DNA of 64,000 nucleotides from Narcine bancroftii (Eukaryota): NCBI RefSeq assembly GCF_036971445.1, contig NC_091478.1, forward strand, positions 103,044,001-103,108,000, written 5' to 3'. How positions within the stretch are numbered: the stretch's first letter is position 1; each line of letters starts with the position of its first letter. The notes beneath the pieces are model-generated. The model saw only the letters and a program-made list of their open reading frames with translations. It was not told where the DNA came from and did not search any database. Shown here piece after piece: positions 37,801-50,929 of the stretch. Made by a program: the position numbers and the translations under genes.

Positions 37801-40624
37801 TGCATTAAACTTTCATCTAAGCGATGGACTTTCACAAGAAAAAAGTAATAATGAATGATCTGAAATAACTCTACTTTTATATTCAGCTCTTAATACTCTA
37901 CCTTATAAATGTGCTGATACCAAAACTAAATCAATTCTAGAAAATGAATCATGTCATGAAGAATAAAAAGAAAAATCTTTCTCTGTAGGATTAACTTTTC
38001 TCCAAATATCCACCAAATTTAAATCTTTCATTAACGCATTAATTTGTGTTGCCATCTTTGATTTCCTTATACTTTTTGGATTTCTATCCAATAAAGGGTC
38101 CAAAACACAGTTAAAGTCACCACCAACTAAAACATTTTCATTAGCTTGAGTTAACAATAAAAAAAACTTCTGAAATAAACCACACATCATCTATATTAAG
38201 GGCATAAAGATTCAACAGAGTCCAAGATTCAGCAAAAAATTTACAGTTCACTCTTAATACTCTGCCAGCAGACCCCTCTGAAGATTCCAATTCAAATGGT
38301 AATTTTTTATGAATCAAAATCGCTATTCCTCTTGCCTTAGAATTAAAAAAAGAAAAAAGATGACCAACCCAATCTCTTTTCAATTTCAAATGTTCTTTTT
38401 CAGTCAAATGTGTTTCTTGTTAAAAAAAAGCAATATCAATTTTCATTTTTTTAATATAAACCAATATTCTCTTTCTCTTAATTGGATTATTTAATCCCTG
38501 AACATTAAAAGTTGCAAAATTCAATTTAAACATCTTTTTAAACTACTAATATATTTACACACTATAAAATAATGCTCCCCTCTATAATTCTTCCAAGAAA
38601 AATAAAACCCCTCAAAAAAAACCAGAAAAAAAAACACCCAAAGGTAGTAATACCCTAGAAATCTGGGTCTGGTAAACCAACTAGCGGCAGATGACTATCA
38701 AAGTTTTCAGTGTCATCCACCCCCCCCCACCCCCAGCCAGATATCTATTTATTATTTAATCAAACACAATATAATATAGTCGATATATTCAGCCCAATGA
38801 TTCCAAGCCCAACGACTACTCCGGATCTTCAACATCAAGAAGACTTTGTGTCAACTCTTCTTTCTTTCCATAGTTTCCATTCCTATTTCCATTTACCCTC
38901 CTCTTAGGAGACAACGGAGGAGAAAACCCATTTCTTTGCAATTCTGGCAAAGAATTAGCAAAAACCAAAGCATCATGATCATTCTCAAAAAATTGAGATT
39001 GAAAATTTCCATAGAAAACCTTCAAAATTGCAGGATAATGAAAAGCAAACTTGTAGCCTTTTCGCCACAAAACATCTTTGGCCGTATTAAATTCTCATCG
39101 TCTTCTAATAACCTCTTGGCTTAAATCGGCATAAAAGACCACTCTGTTATTTTGAACCATTAATAGAGATCGATTTTGCCGTGTGTTCTGTACTGCCATA
39201 CATAAAATCATTTCTCTATCTTGATATTTTAAACAACAAACCAAGACTGCTCTCGGTGTTTGCCCTGGAAGTGGTTTTCTTCTCAGAGTTCTGTGAGCCC
39301 TATCCAGTTCCAAACCTTCAGGAAAAAGCTCTTTACCCAGCACCTCTGGGATCCAGTACTTAAAAAATTTTATATGGTCAGCACCTTCAATGTCCTCTGG
39401 AAGATCAACTATTTTCACATTTTTCCTCTGATTTTGATTTTCCAACAAATCAATTTTCTTCATTAAATCTCTTTTTTGAATACCCCCAATCTACAAAAGA
39501 ACCTTCCACTTTTTCCATTTTTTCTCTATTATGTTTTACCTGAGTTTGACACTCAGAAAAGGCTGTTTCAATTTTCTTAAAATTATCTTGCACAGCATCA
39601 ACTGATTTTATACATCTATTAATATCACTTTTAACAACAGTCATTTCCTGTTTCACAGTTCTCTATTACGTTCTACCTGAGTTTGACACTCAGAAAAGAC
39701 TGTTTCAATTTTCTTAAAATTATCTTGCACCGCATCAACTGATTTTATACATCTATTAATATCACTTTTAACTGTTTCACAGTTGACATTTCATTACACA
39801 AGGTATTCATTTTTATCTCCATAAATCCTTGATTCACTTGAGTTGATATTTGTTTTGACAAGCAATTCCTTTCAAAACAGTAAACACTGAATCCATTCCA
39901 GATTCCACTTCCTCTTTTTGAGATCCACCTCCTTTAACTACAGGCTCCTCCTCCTGGATGAATTCCAATAAGATAAGTTCCTCTTCTTCTTCAGTCATCA
40001 TAGGTTCTTTGGCTGAATGACTGCGGGTCTGAACACCCGACGCCGGCACCCCGACCTCTTCGGGATGCCGGCGTTTGGGCTCCCCGTCAGCCCACACTTT
40101 ATCCAGCAGTTTTCGGACCCGCAATGCCCCATGTAGGCCAGGCAAAGCCGTCAGATGCACAGGAGCGTCCTCTGATGCTACACTGTGTGCCATTGGGCCA
40201 CCCAGCGAGGTCGCGTGTCCCCTTATCGGCCGTGCCGCCTGCGTGCACGACTTCACGTGAACGCGGGTCGGCAATGGCTGAGCTCACCAATGTGTCGGCG
40301 CCATCTTGTGGGGGCAGGATCGGCACCAGAGTCAGACTCCAATGGGCTGGAGTCCTCTGAGGCTTGGAAACTCCCAACGACGACTCCGTGGATTCAGCTA
40401 TGCAGGTAGGCCTCAATTCTTCCGCACTTTTATCTGGTAGTTTTTTCTGAAGCTGAGGTTTAAATTTTTTCACATTGGATGCCATCATAAATCACTTATT
40501 TAAACAACTGTAGATATTATTTTTAACCACTTTTATGCTTTTTAAAAACCGGGTATTTAGTGATCCAGCTGGGGAAAAGTGGAATACACGACTTTCTTCT
40601 ACGCCATCTTGTCACGCCCCCACC
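34820..40624 (-). mobile_element. Full-length decayed L1-clade LINE (ORF1, APE endonuclease, RT, Cys domain)
   Basis: ORF1 LENQNQRKNVKIVDLPE...ELDRAHR, EN NSKARGIAIL / VLVGGDFNCVLDP, RT MPNGKSPGDDGFPVEFYK / IKYLGV. 5' end GGGGGCGTGACAAGATGGCG and an A-rich tail. 13-bp TSD TTGACTCTTATTT (34807-34819, 40625-40637). Many stops and frameshifts. Confidence 0.93.
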
Positions 40625-40649
40625 TTGACTCTTATTTCCATCATCCATT

Positions 40650-40860
40650 TTGGCAGTATGATTAGCGCATTGCTCTTACTGCGCTGGTGACCTGGATTTC
40701 AATCCGGCGTTGTCTATTAGTACTTTCTCCCCATGTCTGTGTGGTTTCCTCCCACTCTTCAAAAGTACAGGGGTTGTAGGTTAATTGAGATATTTGGGCT
40801 GGAAGGGCCTGTTACCGTGCTGTATGTCTAAAATTAAAAAGTAAAATTTAAATTTAAAAT
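40650..40860 (+). mobile_element. tRNA-derived SINE, decayed
   Basis: Degenerate tRNA-like head, TTCTCCCC..GTCTG.GTGG.TTTCCTC central core, and AAGGGCCTGTTACCGTGCTGTATGTCTAAA tail. Confidence 0.65.
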
Positions 40861-43800
40861 TAATTAATCCTAACAGGCTGAGAGTTGTGGATCATAACCA
40901 ATTTTCATGCTTAGAATAAATGATTTTCTTAAATTTCCTCTTTTTTTCCATTCCTTTGCATCCGTGTCCCCTGTCCTTGAACCACCTGCTATTAGGAAGA
41001 GTCTCCCTATAAATCCTCCGTGAAATTTTATTTCTTCTATCCTCTCTTCAAATAATCAAACTTGCAAGTTAAAGTATATTGCCATCTTTTTTAAAGTGGA
41101 AAATTGTACATACAAAACTGAGCGAAAAGAGAATGCTGTCAACATACAGATAAGGAGATAACAGAGGGCAACCAAGGGACATGGCCAATCTAGTGACAGC
41201 TCCTTCACAAAAAGATATTTTTGGACCAGAGCTGAGGGATGTACTTAAGAACCACTGAGCTTCTTCCAATGTCCATGGATTGAGAGGCAGCATAGACTAT
41301 CTAAAATAAACATAGACAGCAAATAAAGAAACCATGCACATGCATTTAGAAAATGTGCTTTACCTGTATTTAAATCACCCATTTATAAAATTTACTTCTC
41401 CCTATTCAGAATTTAAAGTGTGACTTGTGTTGAGATGCTTTACAGTGATAAATGTCTGTATTTTTACATGTAAAGAATCTATTTTTACAAATTAAATATC
41501 AGCATGTGTTGTAGTGAATACACAATTTCTGTCAGACTAGCCTTTGTCATTCAGGATTTGTTTTCAGTGTGTCTTGAAAAATGTAGTCTTTCAGACTCAT
41601 TTTAATTTCTGAAGACATTCTTTATTCTCCTGTCTGTAATTTAAATTTTTTCTCTGTTAGGTAATGGCAGAGTTGGCATTTGTTTCCAGATTCTAACTAA
41701 ACAAGCCACAGGTCTTCCTATCAACATGGACTTAAAGTTTCTTATCGCTCTATGCAACTGGTAATCCTTATCTGGATTTTTATTCTGTAATTCATGTAGG
41801 GAACATGTACTGTTGGGCAAAATAAAAATCAGTGAATTATCAATGCCAAGAATATGAATGAATCAGTTTGCACAGACTAGATTTCTTTGATATCAAGCAA
41901 TAGGATCTTCAAGGAGAATTATCAAATGATCATCCTCCAAGATTTTCTAGAAAAGTGTTTTGCCTGTACATGTTTTTTTCTTTATGGAATTATTTTTATG
42001 AGTTATTTTATTTAAATGTGCCAGTATTATAAATATGTTCCTTGAAACTGCTTATAAAGAATTACACATTCTCTGGATCACAGAATTCTGGATAATTCTC
42101 TGGTCTTTGTAATTTGGCCTCTAGTTGAAAGGTAGATCAAAGGTTTTTCTAGATTTTGAGATTCTACTATGCTTTGTATTAGTGCAATAGTACATCTGTG
42201 AAATATGCAATATTAACACAATTGGTTATCAGTTCTATAGGATCTGCCAAAGTATTTCAGTCAATCTGTTCAGTCTATGTAGTGCATGTCTGATCTATGT
42301 GTGCTTCAGGTGACTTCTGTTTGTATATCATGTGTTGGCATGTTGTTCCATTTCATGGAGTGAAAACGTGTTGTTTAAAATACTACAAAAAAGTCTTGTC
42401 ATCTTGTGTCGATTTGAAGGGAATTACCTTTGTATCTGTAATGTTCAGTTTATAGCAAAATATTCAGTACTTTATGCAGTAAATCTTAGCTAACCATTGA
42501 TAATGTTCAATATAGTTGGATTACAGGAACCAAACTTGTCCAGTGATCAACCCATTACTGTATAAAAGGTTAGGTACTACTGTATTTTCTATTTGTTACC
42601 CTTGCTCTGTGATAATATTGCTTTATATTTTTGTACTTTGATGTCAATAAAATTCTGTTTTCACCTAGCTATGATTATTTTCTTTAATATTGCATGTTTT
42701 TAAGTGAAGATGAAGAAGTCTTTTAATTTTAAAGGAACAATAGTCAAATGTCTCTGTCTTGAATTCCAGGAACTTGTTTAGTTCACTTCCACTTAGAGTG
42801 CCTTCAAAACTAGTTAATCATCTCAAAAATCTTACAAGGTGGTGGTGAGAACAATATTGAGGAAGGGTAAAATGTAGTTGTGTTAACTCTTGGTGATAGT
42901 TTCAGTTTGAACGGTGATGCCATCCTTCACCATCACTCTCAACCCATGATGTGCTCCAATACCCTACCAACATTCACCAGCTGGTCTTCCTGATGCCCCC
43001 TTGAGTGACATTGAAGAGCAGTATTTGACCAACAACTGGACCCTCATAAGAATGGGGCATTTAGTGTGGAAGAATCAAATACCCACACCTACCCATTAAA
43101 TTAATACAACATTTGTAAAATATGTCTGACTAATCTGTATGTTGTAATATTTGTAGATGAATCTTAATGAATTGTGCTCTGGGGTTAAAGTTTTGTGCCA
43201 GACTTGAGGGTTTAAAAAAAAATCTAGGCTATAATTCCAGTGCGAGTTGAAGGGAGTTCTGCATTGTTGAAGGTGTCTTCTTCAAATGGGATGTTCATCA
43301 AGGAGTTTTTTTTAAAACTTGGTGTTGTTGGAAAAATGTAAAATAATCAGAACATTCTGGAAATATCAGGCTGAAGAAGCATTTCACATTTAGGATCTTT
43401 TCTCAGAAGTAGGCATTTAGACCTGCTTTAAGTTACACAGTAGGGCAAAGGATGACGAGGGTAAGGATTGAAGGAGGCAACATGACACAAGTGCTGGTGC
43501 CAGATGAGAGAGGCTGGTAAAAACTTCTTGGTCAAAGCTGATCAGTTTGGTTCTGCTTTGGTGCTGTCTATGATTGTAAGGTAATTCAACCTCTTTCACA
43601 CTTGATTTTGGATGTTTTATTTTCATGGGAACTGACAGAGCTAAGTCTTTTACACAGAAATTGGTGGTTTGCCTAGAATGCAATGCCAGAGGAGGTGCAA
43701 TAAGGACAGATGGGCACATGGATGTAAAAGAAAATAGAGGGTTATGGGTGGATGGTTGTGAAGGGTTAGATTATTGTGAAGTTGGTTTATGCTGTAATGT

Positions 43801-46329
43801 TCCATGTTCTTGGGAAAAAAAGCCCCATATTCTGGTCATTCTTTGTCCTTATTGACCTCTTGTCTGACTTTCGGAGAGGTGTCTGTCTTGCCACGAAATG
43901 TGTTACCTGCTCGTGCAAAGGAGAGGCACAGAACTCCACTTTAACCGTCTGCATGGTGGCGGAATTGTTCTGTTGCTTTGCCAGGAATAATTTTAATTAC
44001 AGACGTTCAAAGCAACCTTTGTCTTTGAATGTTGCAGGCTTATCCTGATGCTTGTTATATGATTAAACAGAAGCTGTGAAATCCACATGTTCCCCCAGTT
44101 GCAAAACATAGAATATGTAAGTTGCACAGCAGTCACATTGGTGCAATTGGAGCGATTCATCATTTCACAATCAAGCCTCAAATAATTTTGAACCTTCTGT
44201 TGTCGGGTTATAATAGTACAAATGTGTAAGTGCCATTTTCCAATTATGCTGCCTGACCTGCCTGGAGTTCCTCCAGAATTTTGTGCGCTGCTCCTGTATC
44301 TCTGTAATGGCATCATTTTTATTCTCAATGATATTTTATCATTTATGTAAAATATTCTATGACTCCCCCCCCCCCCCCAAATTCTTATCCACAATCTTGC
44401 TCCATTTAAATTGGAAGTTGTTCCTTCTGTACACTTGATATCACCATCACATTTTGAGTGTTAAGGTCCAATTCCGACTCAGAAATGATCCAAACAATGA
44501 TTTGTACTGCATCTTTAGTTGCTTTTGCCCAGACTACTGGATTACATTGAAAATCGCTTGATGTTCCTTCCATTATATGTCCTTTGTTTATACTTTGAAT
44601 GTGTGCCTGCAAAATAATTTGCTGGACCTGATAGGCCGCTTGGGGATTGAATCTCAGCCAGTTGCTAACAAACTAATGAGAAAATGCAAAAGCAATGTGT
44701 TAGGAGCTTGAAGCAGATATTTTTCCTTGCTAAGTTTAAAAATGAGCTCGAGTACAGACAGATAGATATGTTACCGAGTCCCAAACTGTTGCAGAGAAGG
44801 AGGATTGATGGTGCATCCTATACCTTGTATTTTATGTTAAATTAAAAATGTCAATTCATTTGGGAAGCTTTAAAGAAGACATTTCCCAGGTTCCATGCGC
44901 CCATCACTCACAGATGACCTACTTTAGCTTATCAACACCCACTTTAATAATAACTTCTTTTCAGACCTTGGAAAGGTCTGCCTCCTCCACATTTGTAACC
45001 TCCTTCAGCCCCACAGTTTGCTGAGGCCTCTGCTGTTCTCCAATTCTAGCATCTTGCAGACCCCCAATTTTAATTGTTTCACCAATGCTGGCGCTGCTTT
45101 CAACGGCTTAGCCCCTAAGCTCTGTTTCCTTTCTAAGCCTCTCCAAGTTGTAGGCCCCTTTCTCTTCATTTTCAATCCTCATACGTAATACACAATTAGG
45201 CTGTAGAAACTCAGCAGGACACGCAGTGACCCCCGCATCTTGTTGAAATCTGTCCTAATAGCTCCTCGTGGTTCTGTTTCAGATTTCATTAACCTTCACA
45301 CGATGACATGTTTTTGCTGTGCTGAAGGACCTGTAAAGTCACTGGTAATCTCACAACAACTCACAATCCCTGTCTAACAGACTGTGCTTTTAACAGCCCT
45401 ACATAGAAATGAACATCTCAGAGTTTGGTTCATCTTTGCCAGATTTAGTTTATTATACTCAACTCATGAGTAATGAAGATAAACACCTTTAGAAATGCGA
45501 GCCGTGTTTATTAACTACACACAGTAATCTGGATGATCAGCATACTTACAATTGTTGCAAACTTTGCCCACAGCCTCCCTGCATCACCAGCAGAATGTCT
45601 AAAACAAACACAGATATTTTCCCTTTGATAACATTCTATGCTAACCTGATCCTTGGAACCTGATTACAGCCATTAACATAGAGGGTTCTGACCTTGCTGG
45701 CTGCACAGTTTGAGTACAGTCAATCAGAAAGTTGTCAGTGAGGGCAGGGTCAGCTCTTTAGGGGATTAACTTTCCTGCCCATTTACTGACCTATTTCTTT
45801 GCCTCCATGAAACAACTTGGGACATTTTACTAGATTAAAAATGATATATAAATGCAAATATGGTTTCTGTGAAACTTGATGGTTTTAAAATGGTAGAAAA
45901 TGACACTAGTCCAGATGCCTACTTGGCCAGCATGGGTGAATTGGGCTGAGTGGCATGTACTGTGCTGTGTAGCTATCGTAAACATCTGGTACAAGTCTGC
46001 CCTGCTTCTGGAACCTTCACGTATGCAGCTACAGAGTATAGTTTCTTCTAAGAGAAATGAAATAGGCCGTCAGGATCCTGGGATTCTGTTACTTGAAAAG
46101 TTTGATTCCTTCCCAACAAAGACAACAATGATCAGTGCACATCCAATGGAAGCAGAAGTTGCCTCAGGTACTCAGTTGGCAGCTTGGCATCTGACTGAAG
46201 AGAACATTCATCAGAAAGGGTGAGATGTTCAATGAAGAGCAGACAATGTTGAAAGGAGATTTCATAGTGTTTTAAAAGGCTGTGACTGATGTAGATAGAT
46301 AATTCAAGAACCTGGGGACATAGATTACA

Positions 46330-46710
46330 GATTTTTTAGATCTATTGTCAGAATACATACCCTGAGATTCTTTTTCCTGCAGGCAAGGCAAAATTACCAT
46401 TTATTGGTTGTGCAAAAAAAACTATACTCAACATGCACTGTATACAAATAAAGAAATGTAAACAAACTGTGCAATACAAAGAGAAAACAAATCAATAAAG
46501 TGGACAAATAAGAGTCCTTAAATGAGTCCCTGATTGAGTTTGTCATTGAGGAGTCTGATGGTGGAGGGGGAGTTCCTGAACCTGGTGGTATGAGTTTTGT
46601 GGCACCTACATCTCCTTCCTAATGGCAACAGCAAGGACAGACCATGTGGGTGGTGTGGATTCTTAACGATTGCTCCTTCTCTCTGATGGCAGCATTCCTT
46701 GCAGATATTC
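46330..46710 (-). mobile_element. Rex1-type LINE fragment, 3' part (split by L1 insertion)
   Basis: Continues the frame of 49132-49431 across the L1 TSD (AAIREKEQSLRIHTTH, a decayed IVKDPHHP region). Confidence 0.7.
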
Positions 46711-49131
46711 TTTTTTTTTTAATTTTTTTATTTTTCACACCATAAATCACATTAGCCATGATATACACTATTTCTTTTTCACACATATACAGTGACTTTT
46801 TCTCCCCCCCCCCCTTTCCTCCCAAACCACCCCCCCACCCCCCCCTCTCATCCATTTTAGGTATACAATCTAGGTTGCATTAAGCCAGTCAGACAATGTT
46901 GTCATTCAACAAAATTACACCAGAAATTCTACTGAGTCCATTCTTTTCTTTCCTTCTCCTTCCATCAACTTAGGTAATGTTTGTCCCCGGTAGGTTTTCG
47001 CTATTGTATTTAATGTAAGGCTCCTATACTTGTTCGAATATTTCAATATTATTTCTTAACCAATATATTATTTTTTCTAATGGAATACATTTATTCATTT
47101 AAATTTGGTAGTTTCTTCCTTTTAATTTGGTTATGTATTCCATTAATATTTAAAGACATATAGTTCAGCGAGGCCCTTTTATATTTTGTTTATCTTCTCT
47201 TTCCGTTTTTCCATCATTACCTTTCCTCCTTTTCCATTTCTGTTTTCTTATTTTCAACTCTTTATAAGACAACATTCCTACAACATCTAACATTTTCCTT
47301 ATTCTCCTATTTCTATCTTCTTTATCCCCAATCTCCCCTTCCCCTCCTGAGTTGTCCTTTATCCCTTGTCGGACAACCACATCTCCCCTCTCCATTTGGA
47401 TTTGCGAATCCACTCGCAAGCATCAACTGATTTTGCAGTGACCGCTATTTCCCCCCACCCCACCTCCCCCAGAAAAGATTTCACTTTTCATATGTCACAA
47501 AGGTCACTCTTTTAATTCCCTCCTTATTCTCTCTATTCCATTACCTTCCCTTATTAATTCTTGTCTATACTATCTATATTTTCCTCTAAGTACAGATATA
47601 TTCATGTATGCTCATTGTCTCTATTCACTCTTATACCTCTTTACCCGCATACATATCAATCGTGATCATTTTTACTCTCATTACCCGTCTTCATCCCTCA
47701 GTCTATTTTTGTCTTTACCCACATACATATCAATCGTGATCATTTTAACTCTCATTACCCGTCTTCCTCCCTCAGTCTATTTTTGTAATTGTTCTGCAAA
47801 TTTTCGTGCTTCTTCTGGATCCGAGAATAGTCTGTTTTGTTGTCCTGGAATAAATATTTTCAATACCGCTGGATGCTTTAGTATAAATTTATACCCTTTC
47901 TTCCATAAAATCGCCTTTGCTGTATTGAACTCTTTTCTCTTCTTTAGGAGTTCAAAACTTATATCTGGATAAATGAAGATTTTTTGCCCTTTATACTCCA
48001 GTGGTTTGTTGCCCTCTCTTACTTTTTCCATTGTCTTCTCCAGTACCTTTTCTCTTGTAGTATATCTTAGGAATTTTACTACAATAGATCTTGGTTTTTG
48101 TTGTGGTTGTGGTTTAGAGGCCAATACTCTATGTGCCCTTTCTATTTCCATTTCATGCTGTAGTTCTGGACATCCTAGGGTCTTAGGGATCCACTCTTTT
48201 ATAAACTCCCTCATATTCTTGCCTTCTTCATCTTCCTTAAGGCCCACTATCTTTATGTTATTTCTTCTGTTATGGTTTTCCATTGTATCTATTTTTTGAG
48301 CTAGTAGTTCTTGTGTCTCTTTAGTTTTTTTATTAGATTTCTCCAATTTCTTTTTTAAGTCTTCTACCTCCATTTCTGCTGCTACTGCCCGCTCTTCCAT
48401 CTTGTCCATTTTTTTTCCCATTTCTGTTAAGGTCATCTCCATTTTATTTATTTTCTCTTCTGTGTTGTTTATTCTTTTTCTTAAATCCTTAAATTCCTGT
48501 GTTTGCCATTCTTTAAATGACTCCATGTATCCTTTAATAAGAGCAAGTATATCCTTTACCTTGCCTATCTTTTCTTCTTCTATTTCACCATACTCTTCCT
48601 CTTCTTCTTCCTCTGGGTTGACCATCTGTTGTTTCTTTGTTGCCCTTTCCTCCTCTTCTTTCTTGTTTCTATTGTCTTCTGTGGTCTCTTCTGGCTGGGT
48701 GTTCTGCAGCTGTCGTTGCCGGCTGTGGAGATCGACTCCCCAGCTGGTCCCCCCGCCCGTCGGTGTGTTTTTTTTCATTCGCATCGCGCACGCGCGAAGT
48801 ATCGCGCATGCGCGGTTGCGCACTTTTACTCGGCTCAGCGAGCCATTTTTGTAGTCCATTATTTACCGACCTGAGGGAGCGGGTTTCTCTCTCCGCAGCG
48901 GGCCTCTTCGGACAGGTAAGGCCTTCACCTTTTTCCTCCTTTGTCTTCTCTTCCTCTCTTCTTGCCGTTGCTTTCGATTTTTCTTTTTTTGTCGCCATCT
49001 TCTTTCCACCTTTATACTCACTTTTCTGTAACTTTTATTTCTGTGCCTTTGTGTTTTCTCTTGTTTTTCTCGACTTTTCTGGAGAGGGCTGGAGTTCACC
49101 GTCTGGCCACTACTCCATCACGTCAAGCTTC
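46711..49131 (-). mobile_element. ORF1-only, internally deleted L1-type element (HAL1-like)
   Basis: 5'UTR, intact ORF1, spacer, about 25 codons of ORF2 start fused at about 47100 to the last 40 or so codons, 3'UTR and poly(A). TSD core CCTTGCAGATATTC (46697-46710, 49132-49145). Confidence 0.88.
47777..48859 (-). CDS. L1 ORF1p (coiled coil, RRM, CTD), intact, 360 aa
   Basis: Heptad coiled coil, MENHNRRNNIKIVGLKE, MEIERAHR, PRSIVVKFLRY, IFIYPDISFELLKKRKEF, KHPAVLKI; no stops. Confidence 0.92.
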   Translation of the reverse strand: MDYKNGSLSRVKVRNRACAILRACAMRMKKNTPTGGGTSWGVDLHSRQRQLQNTQPEETTEDNRNKKEEEERATKKQQMVNPEEEEEEEYGEIEEEKIGKVKDILALIKGYMESFKEWQTQEFKDLRKRINNTEEKINKMEMTLTEMGKKMDKMEERAVAAEMEVEDLKKKLEKSNKKTKETQELLAQKIDTMENHNRRNNIKIVGLKEDEEGKNMREFIKEWIPKTLGCPELQHEMEIERAHRVLASKPQPQQKPRSIVVKFLRYTTREKVLEKTMEKVREGNKPLEYKGQKIFIYPDISFELLKKRKEFNTAKAILWKKGYKFILKHPAVLKIFIPGQQNRLFSDPEEARKFAEQLQK

Positions 49132-49431
49132 CCTTGCAGATATTCTTGAGGTGAGAAGGGTTTCGTCTGTGATGTCCTGGGCTGTGTCCACTATGTTTTG
49201 CAAGGCTTTCTGTCCAGAGGCATTTGTGTCCCCATACTAGATTGTGATGCAGCTGGTCAGCACATTTTCCGCCACACCTCTGTGGAAATTTGCCAGGGTT
49301 TCCGATGCCATTCCAAACCTCCCCAAACTCCTGAGGAAGTAGAGGAGCTGATGTGCTTTCTTCATGATGCCATTAATGAGTTGGGTCCAGGAAAGATCGT
49401 CTGAGATAGTGATTCCCAAGAACTTATTCAA
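49132..49431 (-). mobile_element. Rex1-type LINE fragment, 5' part
   Basis: KFLGITISDDLSWTQLINGIMKKAHQLLYFLRSLGRFGM...LTSCITI. Confidence 0.82.
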
Positions 49432-50624
49432 AGCATATTATCACAAATTGTCTTTAATGGAATGTGAGGAGCAGCTTTTTTTTACACACAAACTGATTGA
49501 CCACACAAGTGCAGTGAAAACAACTGATCTGAGACTTCAAACAAAAAATGGCAAACTCTTGAGAGAATAAATTACAGAGCCAAGAAGAAAATGTGGGAAA
49601 TGGAACCAATGAGATTGCACTCCATGGTACTGACAGAAACCTGACTGGGTTTCCCTGACATAAACATTCAATGATTTATGTTTATTTAAGAGCCTCACAG
49701 CGATGGAAATAGATAATTTATTGAGATGTTCTTGTCAGCATTATTTTGTGCTCTTGCTTTTAACCTAGATCAAGTATTTTCCTCTAACTTGTATATTTCA
49801 GTTCCAAGTTGAATATTTTTGCCTTAAATTTAAAAGATTCACAATAATCAGCTTCCTTGGGAAAACTAGATTAATGCACAGCACCAACTGTCATCCAATC
49901 AACTATCAGGATGATTTGTAACAGGGCAATTCACCATTGAAGAATTGTTCTATTCAGCATTCACTATATTTTCTTTCTCTCTCCCCATTCTCTCCCCCTC
50001 TCTCTTTCTCCCCTCTCTATTTTTCTCTTTTATGGTTTTTAGACTGCAGGCACGATCAAGAAATTTTTCTGCTACACAGACAGTCTGAAAAGGAATGTAC
50101 AGGAATGTTGAGTCAGTTTGTGCACTGATGTATCCTACAGGACCCCTACAACTTTTGGGAGAAAGCCTGCAGTGTAAATCATACTGGAAAAATTTGTTGA
50201 CGGTCACCCGCTCCACTGTCTGTCCAACCACTGGGACTGTTGCACTCAGGTACTCGCAGTCTAAAAAGGCGCCTAGTGTGAGTGACCGCACGGGCAGTAA
50301 TTATGTAATCTGTGATTTTCCTGACATTGCTGTCTGAAAACGATAACTGTCTCTATTTCTTTTCATCTCTTTCACACACAGTATCAGTTGGCTGCCATTT
50401 ATGTGAGCTGCACGATTTGCATCCAACCTCAGATGCTGAACATGATTCAAAAAAGAATGCAGATGCTATGATTTCAGAAAAAAACCCAGCAGCTGGAGAA
50501 ACTCGGCAGGCCTTGCATACCTTGAGGAAGGGTTCAGGCCCGAAATGCCAGTAATACCTCTTTACCTTCTGTGAGACCTGCTGAGTTCCTCCCGCTTTTC
50601 TGTCCTTTTACATGATTCAGAAAG

Positions 50625-50730
50625 GTGTGACATGGGGAGAACGTTTCAATTTCTTACAGACAGCGTGGGATTCGAACCCCGGTCCTGGTTGCTGGCACTG
50701 TAACAGCTTCATGCTAGCCCTACTGTGCCA
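50625..50730 (-). mobile_element. tRNA-derived SINE head
   Basis: Minus strand TGGCACAGTAGGG (A-box-like) ... GGGTTCGAATCCC (B-box) followed by ACGCTGTCTGTAAG. Confidence 0.7.
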
Positions 50731-50929
50731 CCCATTAGCCTATTTCTCTCTGAGGATAAATAAACGTGGGCAGGATGATCTTCACACCTACAGGTTGCAA
50801 AGAAGCTGTGGGAGTGCCATCACAGTGGAAGTGCCAAGCAATGGGGACACTGGGTGAACAGCCTGACTAAGAACAAAACTCAGCAGATTCCTCCTATCCA
50901 GTGAAGAAATCAGTGTAAGGCCTGAATTC

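Noticed and set aside
50655-50730. tRNA gene
   Set aside because: A B-box is present but there is no cloverleaf, and it continues into the SINE core.
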